IMG/VR virus record: IMGVR_UViG_3300032214_000566
Coordinates: 32,881 to 96,880 of that record
Length of the DNA stretch: 64,000 bases
Reading direction: 5' to 3' (one strand)
DNA from: a virus
Shown: piece after piece, positions 18,954 to 28,921 of the stretch
Layout: the number at the start of each line of letters is the position of its first letter
Numbering within the stretch: the stretch's first letter is position 1
Notes under the pieces: model-generated
What the model saw: only the letters and a program-made list of their open reading frames with translations
The model's database searches: none
Told to the model about the DNA's origin: nothing
Translations under genes and position numbers: made by a program

Positions 18954-20192
18954 CTATATGAATGCGGTTGTCACACTGCCAGGACTTTGTGTAGTGTACC
19001 CATAAGCTCTAGGGGTTGTTTGTAATAAAGTTATCGCATAAGGAGAAGTTTCATTAATTCGATATAAATTACCATTACTATCCATAATATGTATCTTATT
19101 TTCGTAACCAACAATACCAATAGGTGTCGTCACTGAAGCTGAAATGTCAATTTCAAAATCTAATGTTGAACTTGCAGAATACACATATTGTTGTATATAA
19201 CTTCCATCACCGTTACTACCTAACACTATAAAGTCACCTGTAGTTGATAATGCTATATCGTATATCAATGGGTTACCGGAAAACGCACCTGCCAATGAGG
19301 TTATTTTAGTATATGTGGCAGCACTTGACCCGATACCTACTTCAAATATCTGAGTTTCACCATCTCCCGAAACATAAAGACTGGCAATCAATCTTCCATC
19401 ATTAAATGCCTCTAATCCTTGTCTACTATTATATGTTTGATAATTAGAAATTGCTCTATTATATGTTGCAACAACAGGTGATAATGTCAGATCCCATTCA
19501 TCTATTGCCCCGTCAGGCGGGTTAATCCAAAACTTATCGGAGGTATTCGCAATAGACCCCACTTGAGTAAATCCTGATAATGTTATAGGTCCGGTTTCAG
19601 TATTGGTTCCAACATCATATACGTAATAGTCATCAACATCAAAATCCTTAGCAATTACAAATTTAGGGTCGGTTGTTGGTGTAGGTGTTGGCGTTGGACT
19701 AGTTGTTGGTGTAGGAGTTGGTGTTTTTGTTGGGGTTGGAGTAGGACTTGTTGTTGGTGTAGGAGTTGGTGGGATAGGTGTTGATGTTGGGGTCGGAGTA
19801 GGGCTCGTTGTTGGTGTAGGCGTTGGTGGAATAGGCGTTGGTGTTGGGGTAGACGTAGGGCTAACTGTTGGCGTTGGTGTAGGACTAACTGTTGGCGTTG
19901 GTGTAGGGCTGATAGTCGGGCTTGGGGTCGGTGTAGGTGTAGGGCTGATGGTCGGTGTTGGTGTCGGGGCAGGAATACAAATTTGATTTTGCGTAAAAAT
20001 ACATCCATTTGTGTCGACCAATTTTAAACCAACATAATAATAGTTAGGGAAAAAATAATCAGTATCCACCACAACTGTAGGTGGTATTTGACAACTACCT
20101 GATATTAAAAAGCAAGACGTATATCCAGTATCACATAAAAATACATCATATGGACTTGTTCCACTTGTTACACCAGTTATTTGTATTATCAT
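18954..20192 (-). CDS. Fibre/spike protein: Cys N-domain, ~100 aa Thr-Pro stalk, probable beta-propeller head
   Basis: Three-part architecture visible in the translation. Confidence 0.7.
   Translation of the reverse strand: MIIQITGVTSGTSPYDVFLCDTGYTSCFLISGSCQIPPTVVVDTDYFFPNYYYVGLKLVDTNGCIFTQNQICIPAPTPTPTISPTPTPTPSPTISPTPTPTVSPTPTPTVSPTSTPTPTPIPPTPTPTTSPTPTPTSTPIPPTPTPTTSPTPTPTKTPTPTPTTSPTPTPTPTTDPKFVIAKDFDVDDYYVYDVGTNTETGPITLSGFTQVGSIANTSDKFWINPPDGAIDEWDLTLSPVVATYNRAISNYQTYNSRQGLEAFNDGRLIASLYVSGDGETQIFEVGIGSSAATYTKITSLAGAFSGNPLIYDIALSTTGDFIVLGSNGDGSYIQQYVYSASSTLDFEIDISASVTTPIGIVGYENKIHIMDSNGNLYRINETSPYAITLLQTTPRAYGYTTQSPGSVTTAFI
19671..19973 (-). repeat. Coding low-complexity (Thr-Pro)n / SPTPTPT repeat
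   Basis: About 100 aa made almost entirely of T, P and S. Confidence 0.9.
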
Positions 20193-20198
20193 CTATTT

Positions 20199-22952
20199 TT
20201 ATAATTCTTGTACATTTAAAGTTGGTGCTGTTGATTCCCCAAATTTAATACTACCACCACTTATCTCATTAGCCTTTAAATAGTACGTATATGTTCCAGC
20301 GGCAGGCGCATCTATATAACTCATACCAAATGGTGTGTTTTCACTTGCGGCACTACCTTCAGTATGCACAATAGCCCCAAGTTGTGTAGAGTCTCTCCAA
20401 AATTGTAATTTACACCAATAACCAGCACCTGTATTTTCAGCATCTCCATAAGCACTTATTCTAACAGGATTACCATATGTCGTTATAGTAGTACTAAGTA
20501 TTGTTTGTGGGCCCCCACTTGCTGATAATGTGACGGAAGCCCCTCCACCAACTTGTGAATAGTTAATACTACTTTTTACTCTACCAGTTACTGTTAAATT
20601 ACCCGCATCTGTTAAACTAAGTAAAGTACTATTATATGCGTTATTAATAATTTCAAAACTACCAAAAATATCCGTTCTAAATGTTTTAGATGGTGTTGTT
20701 GCACCAGCTGCCGTGTTAGTTACTCTAATAAAATCAGTATAACCCGTACCTCCAATAGTTCCACTACCACTAAACGTTAATAATGCGGTTGTTGAATTTC
20801 CACTTGTTGTTATGGTACCTTTAGTTCCTGTTATCTTATTACTATTACCATTAAACGTTGTTGCCGATATGTCATTACCAATTATAGTTGACCCGGTTAT
20901 TGCACCATTTGTGGTTATTTGAGAACCAACAATCTCACCTTTGGCCGTTATAAACGACGTTATACCACCTATTGCGTTTATCCCTTCAAATAAATTTGTT
21001 GAGATGTCAGGGTTACCTGTGCCATTTTTAATTGAGAATGCACCTATACCTGATGTCGTTATAATTTCAGGGTCTGCTGAATTGTCGTATGCCTGTTGTA
21101 ATGTTGTTGTTGATAAACCACCTGAACCTCCAAGTAACTCACCAAATTTAGATACTTGCGTAAATACAGCATCATCAACATCAGTTAAATCCGTTGCTCC
21201 GTCTTTAACCGTCAATAAACCAATTAATATTCCGTTTGCTAAGTTATTGGGATAAACCACAAAAATCTCACTCTGGATTGCGGCTATCGCCTTTGCTAAA
21301 GTTGGGTAATACGATTGTCCATATTGTATTCTAACAAGTCCTGTTGGGAATTGATAAATTCTTTGTGTCGTGTAGTTTCCTGTACCAGGCACCGCAGTAA
21401 CAACTCCACCAACATCATAATTTGTTGTGTCGATTGTTGTTGTATTAGTAAATGTTCCACCCGTTTGTGTTCTATATTGGAAAGTTGTTGGTGAGGTTCC
21501 TGATAAATTAACATTATTTGGTGATAATTGATTTGTTGACCAATTAATTCCGTTACCCCATAATGTGCCCGCGGATTTATCAATATTTAAATTAACTCCG
21601 TTTGCAGATACAATAACACCATCATTAATTAAATTTATTGGGTCCCACAAATCACGAAGTGCCGACATTGGTGACACGTCATAATCAACCGTATTATTAA
21701 CATTTTGTATTGTTGTTCTATTAGGGTGAACTACTTTACCTAAATAAATGTTTTCTCTTCTTTGTTGTGATGTTGGAAATGTTCCTTGTTGGAATACTGT
21801 TCCTCCACTATTAACTAATATATAAGTTGAGTCAGATAATGATATCCCTGTGATTGAATATGCCGTATTTCCCGTGTATATAATATTTCTAACACTAGGT
21901 AATGTTGCAAATTCATATGTATTTGATACAATCCATCCTCTCATTGGTGAAATTGAAATTGTTGTACCTGACGTGTAAGTTAAACCTGTAAATTCGTATG
22001 TCCCTGTTGAAATAACATTACCTTCAAGGATATTTCTTTCAATGTCGGTTAACGAAAGATTAATATCTTCATTGTTAATATTAACATATATGGCACCTAT
22101 TGTTGTCCCCGATTTTAAAGTGTACCCAATTTCATTTGTTCTCGCACTGAAAGCCAAGGAAGACGTTGTTGTTACATAACCACCTGGTATTGTGTCCGAT
22201 AAATATATAATACCACCGGGAGTATTTGAAACCGTAACTCCGCTTAATACCCCATTATTAATTGTGTATCCCGTTTGACCATTTAATATGTCATTTTCAA
22301 TAAGTCCAATAACTTGATTGTTACCAGATTTAGACGCAATCGCCAATTGTACTGATGGTGTAATATTAGACGAACTAACTAATTTAACAGCACTACCTTT
22401 AAGTAAGGTGACACCCGTTTCATTAATAACCGTTGTTCTTAAAATACCAAGGTCATTTGACGGAGATATTCCACTTGTCCCCGCAGAACCTGATGTTCCG
22501 CTAGTTCCTGAAGATCCCGACGTACCTGATGTACCACTTGTTCCTGAAGATCCTGACGTACCGTTAGCTCCTGATGTTCCACTAGTTCCTGACGATCCTG
22601 ACGTACCGTTAGCTCCTGATGTTCCACTAGTTCCTGACGAACCTGATGATCCTCTAGTCCCTGAAGTACCGCTAGTTCCTGATGAACCTGAAGCTCCCGT
22701 AACACCTGATGAACCTGATGAACCTGATGAACCTCTAGTACCTGAAGTTCCACTACTACCTGATATTCCACTTGTTCCTGAAGACCCATTAGTACCTGTA
22801 CCCCCACTTATCGATGCGGTTACAGATGAAAAATAAATAGCACTTGTTACACCAGTTACTTCATTCGTATAATCAACTATAACCATTATACTATTAGGTG
22901 ACCCCGAACCAATAAATGGTAGTTGTGATATTCTTGAATCTTGTTGTGACAT
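20199..22952 (-). CDS. Tail/head fibre protein with a collagen-like (Gly-X-Ser) segment
   Basis: N-terminal DSRISQLP fibre-type motif; 37 uninterrupted G-X-Y triplets; Thr/Gly-rich beta domains. Confidence 0.78.
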   Translation of the reverse strand: MSQQDSRISQLPFIGSGSPNSIMVIVDYTNEVTGVTSAIYFSSVTASISGGTGTNGSSGTSGISGSSGTSGTRGSSGSSGSSGVTGASGSSGTSGTSGTRGSSGSSGTSGTSGANGTSGSSGTSGTSGANGTSGSSGTSGTSGTSGSSGTSGTSGSAGTSGISPSNDLGILRTTVINETGVTLLKGSAVKLVSSSNITPSVQLAIASKSGNNQVIGLIENDILNGQTGYTINNGVLSGVTVSNTPGGIIYLSDTIPGGYVTTTSSLAFSARTNEIGYTLKSGTTIGAIYVNINNEDINLSLTDIERNILEGNVISTGTYEFTGLTYTSGTTISISPMRGWIVSNTYEFATLPSVRNIIYTGNTAYSITGISLSDSTYILVNSGGTVFQQGTFPTSQQRRENIYLGKVVHPNRTTIQNVNNTVDYDVSPMSALRDLWDPINLINDGVIVSANGVNLNIDKSAGTLWGNGINWSTNQLSPNNVNLSGTSPTTFQYRTQTGGTFTNTTTIDTTNYDVGGVVTAVPGTGNYTTQRIYQFPTGLVRIQYGQSYYPTLAKAIAAIQSEIFVVYPNNLANGILIGLLTVKDGATDLTDVDDAVFTQVSKFGELLGGSGGLSTTTLQQAYDNSADPEIITTSGIGAFSIKNGTGNPDISTNLFEGINAIGGITSFITAKGEIVGSQITTNGAITGSTIIGNDISATTFNGNSNKITGTKGTITTSGNSTTALLTFSGSGTIGGTGYTDFIRVTNTAAGATTPSKTFRTDIFGSFEIINNAYNSTLLSLTDAGNLTVTGRVKSSINYSQVGGGASVTLSASGGPQTILSTTITTYGNPVRISAYGDAENTGAGYWCKLQFWRDSTQLGAIVHTEGSAASENTPFGMSYIDAPAAGTYTYYLKANEISGGSIKFGESTAPTLNVQEL
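22464..22796 (-). repeat. 37 x Gly-X-Y triplets (mostly GTS/GSS), including a perfect 45 nt tandem duplication at 22551-22640
   Basis: Counted from the translation; TCCTGACGTACCGTTAGCTCCTGATGTTCCACTAGTTCCTGACGA occurs twice in tandem. Confidence 0.9.
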
Positions 22953-22960
22953 AAATTTTT

Positions 22961-23239
22961 TTACAAAATAATTTTATAACCGTTTTCTTGTAATAAAAAG
23001 AAACCGTTCTCTTGTAATAAATAGTATATTGGGCAACTTACTAATTGGAAAAATTCACAATTAGTTGAATCAATTACTTTGACCATTAGAACTTCAGCGG
23101 TTTGGAATAAAGGACTTAGTGTAAATGTACCTCCAGAAGTTCCAATATTTTGACAGTTGTTACCATTCTCGTCACATATAAAAAACGTATACGGCGGGGT
23201 ACCTCCTGTTTCACCTGTGATTATTAAGTAACTACCCAT
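22961..23239 (-). CDS. Small fibre-adaptor-like protein with a C-terminal (LLQENG)x2 motif
   Basis: Shared Cys N-domain plus YLLQENGFFLLQENGYKIIL, directly upstream of the collagen-like fibre. Confidence 0.65.
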   Translation of the reverse strand: MGSYLIITGETGGTPPYTFFICDENGNNCQNIGTSGGTFTLSPLFQTAEVLMVKVIDSTNCEFFQLVSCPIYYLLQENGFFLLQENGYKIIL

Positions 23240-23240
23240 T

Positions 23241-25910
23241 TTAACAAGTGAACTTTGTGATTATTATACCATCCCCGTCTACTTGTACAACATTTCTTGT
23301 AGTTATTGGACAACTATTTGATAAATAGATTCTTGCCCATCCGCCATTTTTAGGGTCTAAGTTAGTACCAACATATCTAGTCGTTAATGTCGGATTAGTG
23401 TAAACAACATTACCTAAATTAATTGTGGCTCCTGTAGTATATAATTGAACATTACATGGTGAGTCAATACAAATATCTTCATCTGCAGTGTTATAATATT
23501 CTCCATTAGTATACCAAGCAACACCAGCATAAGTTGGAGTTGGTGTAGGTGTTGGTGTAGGAGTTGAACTAATAGTTGGTGTAGGAGTTGGGGTTGGTGT
23601 CATTGTAGGAGTTGGGGTTGGTGTTTTAATTTGGTCGCAACTTATATCATAAGTTATAGATAATTCCAATTTAAAATAGTTATTACCCATTTGGTCACAA
23701 TCACAAACTATGATTAATACATTATTTAATACATTAACCGTATATGATGTGATTTGTGGAATACTTCCTAATATGGTTTCTATCGCTCTTTGCCAAGCTC
23801 CGTCATCACTGTATATAAAGTTTTGAGTTGTTGCGGAACCATTTATCGTAAAGACCGCCTCTAAAACCGCAGTATTTAAAATACAATTAGTATATCCCGT
23901 AGTTAAATCAATAAATCCTTCATTTAACATTTTAGAAATCGATCTCTTAGTTCCTGAAGTATTAACAAAAGTTTTATTAAATATATTGTATCTTGACCTA
24001 CCCGATACTATTACTTGATTACATGTTATTGTAAAAGGCCAATAATTAGTACAACCGTCACTATCAGTAATAGTTACATCATATGTCCCACCTGAAAGAC
24101 CTGTTACAGTACTTCCCGTACTCCCTGATGGTGTATTATCAGACCAATTATATGTGAATGGTGGTGTGCCTTCAAAAATAGTTACAGTTGCTACACCATC
24201 ATTAGCATTTTTACATTCTGTTTTAGTAAGTGTGGTTGATAAACTGCCACTTAAGGGTACGTTCAAATTTAAAGACACCGTACAATTTTCAGAATCGGTA
24301 ACTTGTAATATATAATCACCAGGAGTTAAATAATTAAATGTGTAGGAACTAAACGGCACATCAATTAAATTTTGTCCATTACTTAAAACATAATCCAAAG
24401 GAGCGGTATACCCCGTACCAACTTCAACCGATATTACTCCGTTTGGTGACCCGCAAGAAGATGGTGTTGTTGTGGCTGTTAAATTAAATTTATCAACAGC
24501 ACTTATTTCAATCGTTTCTGTGTAAAGACAACTACTTGATTGTCCTGAAATTTTTAATAAATAAGTATCAGAGACTAAATTACCGAACGTTACATTTTGA
24601 TTTTGAGTGTATTCCTCATAAACAACATTCGTATTTTGACCCGATAATGAGTATAAATAAAATCCATATAACCCAGTAATTGTTGTTTTTAAAGATGCGT
24701 TGTTTTTACTACAAATAGAGTTTGTTATTACATTTTTGACATCCCTAAAACCATTTACAGTATTAAGTGTTGTTAAAATATTTAAAGTACAGAAATTAGC
24801 ATCTTTTACCAAAATAGAATAGTCCCCACTTGGTAATCCACTTATCGTGAAAGTGTCTGATAGTGTAACTCCAAAGTTACCAGATGACGCAGAATAATAG
24901 AAAGGTACTGTACCACCCGTTAAAGTTATCTCTATTTGGCCGTTACTATCAAAACAACTTGGTGTTGTGTTATTTATTAACCCAATACCTAATTGTTCGG
25001 CGGACCCGACATAACTGGATTTTGTTACACCACAACCTTTAACATCAGTCACAGTTACTGAGTATTCACCAATAGTTAACCCTGTTATTGTTTGACCTGT
25101 ATTTCCATTAGACCATAAATACGTATAAGGACCGACACCTGTAATACCAGTCACCGCCAATTTACCCGTATCCAATAAACATCTCGATGTATCAACTTTC
25201 CATAGACCAAAATCAAGTTCAGTACTCGCCGAAATAACCACATTTTCAGTTCTTGCTGTTGTAATACTATCATCCGATATTAAAACGTAATAAATACCCT
25301 CATCTAACTCTGTAAAGGTATATGGGAATGTTTCAGCTGTCTCAATTAATAATAATGATTCATCTTTATATAATAATAAATCATATGGTGGGAAAAGTGA
25401 CGTACCACTAACAGTTAGGTATCCATTTGTTAACCCACAATTGGTCCCGTTAGCGTCTATAATATTGCCTTCATTACAAGTCCCGACAGCAATATTGATG
25501 TATGTTTCGGCGTTTTGATAACCTAAAGTATCATTTAACCTAAACACATATGTCGTGGCACTAAGACCGGTATATGTAATTTCAGTAGTACCTGTTTGTG
25601 TACTTAATCCGTGACCAATAGGGTATATAGGGTCAACCGTGTACGGTGGATAACCACCTGTTGGGTTTATGACTATAGTTCCCGTCGGTGAGTCACACGT
25701 ACCCGTTACGGTAAAATAATACCCAATAACAGGTAAATCAATACAGTTAGACGTACAAGTACTTCCAGAGTCAATAACTACGTTTACAACACTTCCGGAA
25801 TATGATTGATTAAGACATACGGTTTCTCCGGAAGATACACCAACTCTAGCAACCCCACAACAATCTATATAAGAGTAAACACCATTAGTATATCCAGTAA
25901 TACAAGCCAT
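23241..25910 (-). CDS. Large SprB-repeat virion protein with a Thr-Pro linker and C-terminal Cys module
   Basis: Multiple units such as GPYTYLWSNG...GLTIGEYSVTVTDVKGC and GTPPFTYNWS...GLSGGTYDVTITDSDGC. Confidence 0.75.
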   Translation of the reverse strand: MACITGYTNGVYSYIDCCGVARVGVSSGETVCLNQSYSGSVVNVVIDSGSTCTSNCIDLPVIGYYFTVTGTCDSPTGTIVINPTGGYPPYTVDPIYPIGHGLSTQTGTTEITYTGLSATTYVFRLNDTLGYQNAETYINIAVGTCNEGNIIDANGTNCGLTNGYLTVSGTSLFPPYDLLLYKDESLLLIETAETFPYTFTELDEGIYYVLISDDSITTARTENVVISASTELDFGLWKVDTSRCLLDTGKLAVTGITGVGPYTYLWSNGNTGQTITGLTIGEYSVTVTDVKGCGVTKSSYVGSAEQLGIGLINNTTPSCFDSNGQIEITLTGGTVPFYYSASSGNFGVTLSDTFTISGLPSGDYSILVKDANFCTLNILTTLNTVNGFRDVKNVITNSICSKNNASLKTTITGLYGFYLYSLSGQNTNVVYEEYTQNQNVTFGNLVSDTYLLKISGQSSSCLYTETIEISAVDKFNLTATTTPSSCGSPNGVISVEVGTGYTAPLDYVLSNGQNLIDVPFSSYTFNYLTPGDYILQVTDSENCTVSLNLNVPLSGSLSTTLTKTECKNANDGVATVTIFEGTPPFTYNWSDNTPSGSTGSTVTGLSGGTYDVTITDSDGCTNYWPFTITCNQVIVSGRSRYNIFNKTFVNTSGTKRSISKMLNEGFIDLTTGYTNCILNTAVLEAVFTINGSATTQNFIYSDDGAWQRAIETILGSIPQITSYTVNVLNNVLIIVCDCDQMGNNYFKLELSITYDISCDQIKTPTPTPTMTPTPTPTPTISSTPTPTPTPTPTYAGVAWYTNGEYYNTADEDICIDSPCNVQLYTTGATINLGNVVYTNPTLTTRYVGTNLDPKNGGWARIYLSNSCPITTRNVVQVDGDGIIITKFTC

Positions 25911-25930
25911 AATTTTTTAATTTTTTTTAT

Positions 25931-28921
25931 CTAAGAACACTCTACACTAACGTCGATAGAAATGTCTAAGTTTAATGTGTTATTCATAAAATCATCATAA
26001 CAAGTAGTGTTGTAAATAGTTAGAACACCACCCACAAATGAGTAATCTAATCCTTGTTGGTATAAAGTCGATAATGACGAGTCAATGGCATTTATTACCA
26101 TATCATAAGTTAAAGATGACCCATCTAACTGACTCAAGGCGTTTGTACCGTCACCAATAAAGAATTGTTGATTAATTAATGTTTGTTCAACACCTGTTAT
26201 ATTATTAATCATAGATAGCTCAACATACCAAGTCGATACTACCGTATTGTTATTACATTGTGCAGGGTCTATACCTTGTCCAACGATTGTATTATATATT
26301 TCAGTACCTAAAATAGTTATAGGGTCAAAGAAAGGTAAAGTACTTGTTATTGATTGGTCATTACAATCTAAAGCACCTGCGGAACCTTCAAATGAAGACG
26401 TAATTTCAGGATTAGGTCCGATATCAGTACACCCTCTTTGTCTTTTCCATGCCACTTTTTGTCTATGGAATATAGAATTATCCATTTTTTGACCTGTGTT
26501 CCATATTGTGGTTGCAGGTACGAATTGTTCTGTTAATCTAACCCAATAATCACCAAGACCCAACGTATAATCTATCATTTTTTGATAGGTAAAGTCATTA
26601 AATGGTAAGGTCGTGTTTTGAGTAGTTTCTAAATACTTCCAAAAAATATATTGTAAGGTTGGATATCCACCTGTTTTACCGTCAAAAATATATTGTCTAT
26701 TTCTAACATTAATTAAATTATTATAGAATGACTGTGCAAACTCCAAGAATGTTTTTTGATTTGGTTTAGGATTAATGTATGTCCAATCAACATTACCAGG
26801 TGATGGGTATGGTGATGTAAGTCCTGTGTTTGGTATAGGATAACCATATTTAGAGGACATCTCCCATATATCATATGTAATACCTTGACCCATGTTAAGG
26901 TATAATTCCATATTTTTAACGTTAATCGCTAAACTATCATTTTCAATTAAATAATTTGTTTCAGATAAATTTTGAGTACTTTTTCTTTTACCCACATCTT
27001 CAACTTTCCAAGATTTTACATTGTCTATTGTTCTGGTTAACCCATAACCTAAATCTAAAAAAGGAAACTTAATGTACCTATCCAAATACTCTTGACCGTA
27101 TGTGAATGGTAATAGTTGTGAACTAAATACAGGTATTTGTGAATTAAGTTCAGATGTTGAAAATTGTATAACTTCAGGTGATCTATGCTCGGGAGTCGCC
27201 TCAAACCAACCCGCACCTTTTTGGAAAAAATAATCCTCCGTGAACACGGGACTTTCAGGATACCCATCAAGTAATGAAATAGCATAATCAGCAAGTGTAG
27301 TTCCAACTGACACTAATCTAGAATTAGCAGTAAATCCTGTATATGTTACACCTTGTATTGAGAATGTGTTTGCAGTATCATAAGATGTTATCTTATCTAT
27401 TTTAGTTCCTCCAGAAATTTGAGCAAATTGATTAGTAAATTCGTCTACTGAAATTTTTTGGTCAGCAATATAGATATACTCATTGAACTCTATTAGTTGC
27501 TCGGGAGCACCTATTAACCTTAGAATATATTCTATAGATTGTCTTGTACCTTTTGATTTATAAAGGAATGCAGAATTTAAAATTAGATTTCTAAAATACT
27601 GATAATTAATCTCAGCAGGTGTTTGTTCTTTAGATTGACCAGGATATATCACATCATTAGTTGTGGTATATATTGTGTTTAATAAATCGTCATTCGTGAT
27701 TGGTGAAATTGCAGTTTTCCAACCTAAAGTTTCCGCCAAATTTGAGAGTAACTCCGATGGTATATCATTACCCACAATATAATTAACCGAATTCATGTTC
27801 GCTAATGAGTCTATAAATTTCTTGGTCTCGTCAAAACTTCTACCATAAATCTGTAAAACCTTTTCAATTTTTTGGTCAGGTGTGTCGAACTCTTTTAAAC
27901 TTCCTGAAGTTAAAAATCTACTTAATAAATTTGTTTTATATTCATCAAGTTTTTCGGCAATTGTTTGTATATTTGTTAAATAATTATCAAAGTTAGCCGT
28001 AGAAATGTCTAAATTCCAAAAACCATCAGTTTGCCAAGTTAATAATTTGGTTATCATAATGTAGTTACCGTCACTGTCGTAGTCAGGGTATTGGAACTTA
28101 GATGTGTATTTAGGATAAACGTTTCTATTTAAAATGTAATCTTCAACCTCATCAAATGAGTCTTGGAATATCTGTTCAGTAACTAAATTATTAGGTTTTA
28201 ATAAAATAGATTGTACTGTATTTGATGACGTAAACGGTTTCCCTTCAACGATTATATTAATCGTACCAGCAGTTAATGATGTTGTAGGTTCAAAATCCGT
28301 TATTTTATATTCCGTTGTTAAGTCATTAGTATATAACGAATAACTTCTAAAATATGTCGTTAAATTTCTGTATTTATTAACTTTATACGGTCTTACCTGA
28401 ATGTTAAGTGTCGCGTTTGTAGTATAATCAATATCAAAAGGATTTTTAAAAAATTGTACATCAACATCAAAAGAAGTTTCATTTTCAACCGGATCGTAAA
28501 CAATATTAAATGCGGTATATCCCGTACTCAAACTATAATTCTGTTGGTCTATTTGTATTGCCGCAGGAAAATTATTAATTACTTTAGTTATGGATGCCGA
28601 TAATCTTTTTTGTAATGAACCATAAAGAGAAAAACTTGTAATTTGTGCTAAATCAAAATTAGGGTAAACTTTAAAGTTTTTTTCTATTATTTTTTTAGCT
28701 TCAGCAACATCAGTTATATTTAAAGTATCTAACGTATAGGGATCAGAAAACACACCAGTGTCAAATGTTCTATCTATTTTTTCGTATATAGCACTTGTAA
28801 ATTGAAAATTACCTTGTGTCAGACCTCCTCCATTAACGACTTGGAACCCTACCAAATCATCGGAAAACGTACCTGACCCTACAGGTGCCGGTGATGGACA
28901 TATGTATTTAGTAACTGCCAT
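25931..28921 (-). CDS. Baseplate wedge protein, P2 gpI / T4 gp7-like
   Basis: LLSNLAETLGW...RNLILNSAFLYKSKGTRQSIEYILRLIG resembles the gpI-type wedge signature. Confidence 0.68.
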   Translation of the reverse strand: MAVTKYICPSPAPVGSGTFSDDLVGFQVVNGGGLTQGNFQFTSAIYEKIDRTFDTGVFSDPYTLDTLNITDVAEAKKIIEKNFKVYPNFDLAQITSFSLYGSLQKRLSASITKVINNFPAAIQIDQQNYSLSTGYTAFNIVYDPVENETSFDVDVQFFKNPFDIDYTTNATLNIQVRPYKVNKYRNLTTYFRSYSLYTNDLTTEYKITDFEPTTSLTAGTINIIVEGKPFTSSNTVQSILLKPNNLVTEQIFQDSFDEVEDYILNRNVYPKYTSKFQYPDYDSDGNYIMITKLLTWQTDGFWNLDISTANFDNYLTNIQTIAEKLDEYKTNLLSRFLTSGSLKEFDTPDQKIEKVLQIYGRSFDETKKFIDSLANMNSVNYIVGNDIPSELLSNLAETLGWKTAISPITNDDLLNTIYTTTNDVIYPGQSKEQTPAEINYQYFRNLILNSAFLYKSKGTRQSIEYILRLIGAPEQLIEFNEYIYIADQKISVDEFTNQFAQISGGTKIDKITSYDTANTFSIQGVTYTGFTANSRLVSVGTTLADYAISLLDGYPESPVFTEDYFFQKGAGWFEATPEHRSPEVIQFSTSELNSQIPVFSSQLLPFTYGQEYLDRYIKFPFLDLGYGLTRTIDNVKSWKVEDVGKRKSTQNLSETNYLIENDSLAINVKNMELYLNMGQGITYDIWEMSSKYGYPIPNTGLTSPYPSPGNVDWTYINPKPNQKTFLEFAQSFYNNLINVRNRQYIFDGKTGGYPTLQYIFWKYLETTQNTTLPFNDFTYQKMIDYTLGLGDYWVRLTEQFVPATTIWNTGQKMDNSIFHRQKVAWKRQRGCTDIGPNPEITSSFEGSAGALDCNDQSITSTLPFFDPITILGTEIYNTIVGQGIDPAQCNNNTVVSTWYVELSMINNITGVEQTLINQQFFIGDGTNALSQLDGSSLTYDMVINAIDSSLSTLYQQGLDYSFVGGVLTIYNTTCYDDFMNNTLNLDISIDVSVECS

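Noticed and set aside
19655-22807. Alternative-frame minus-strand ORFs rich in Q/H/L (19655..20008, 22439..22807; also 13922..14134)
   Set aside because: Frame-shifted readings of TP or GTS repeats, which lack stop codons by composition
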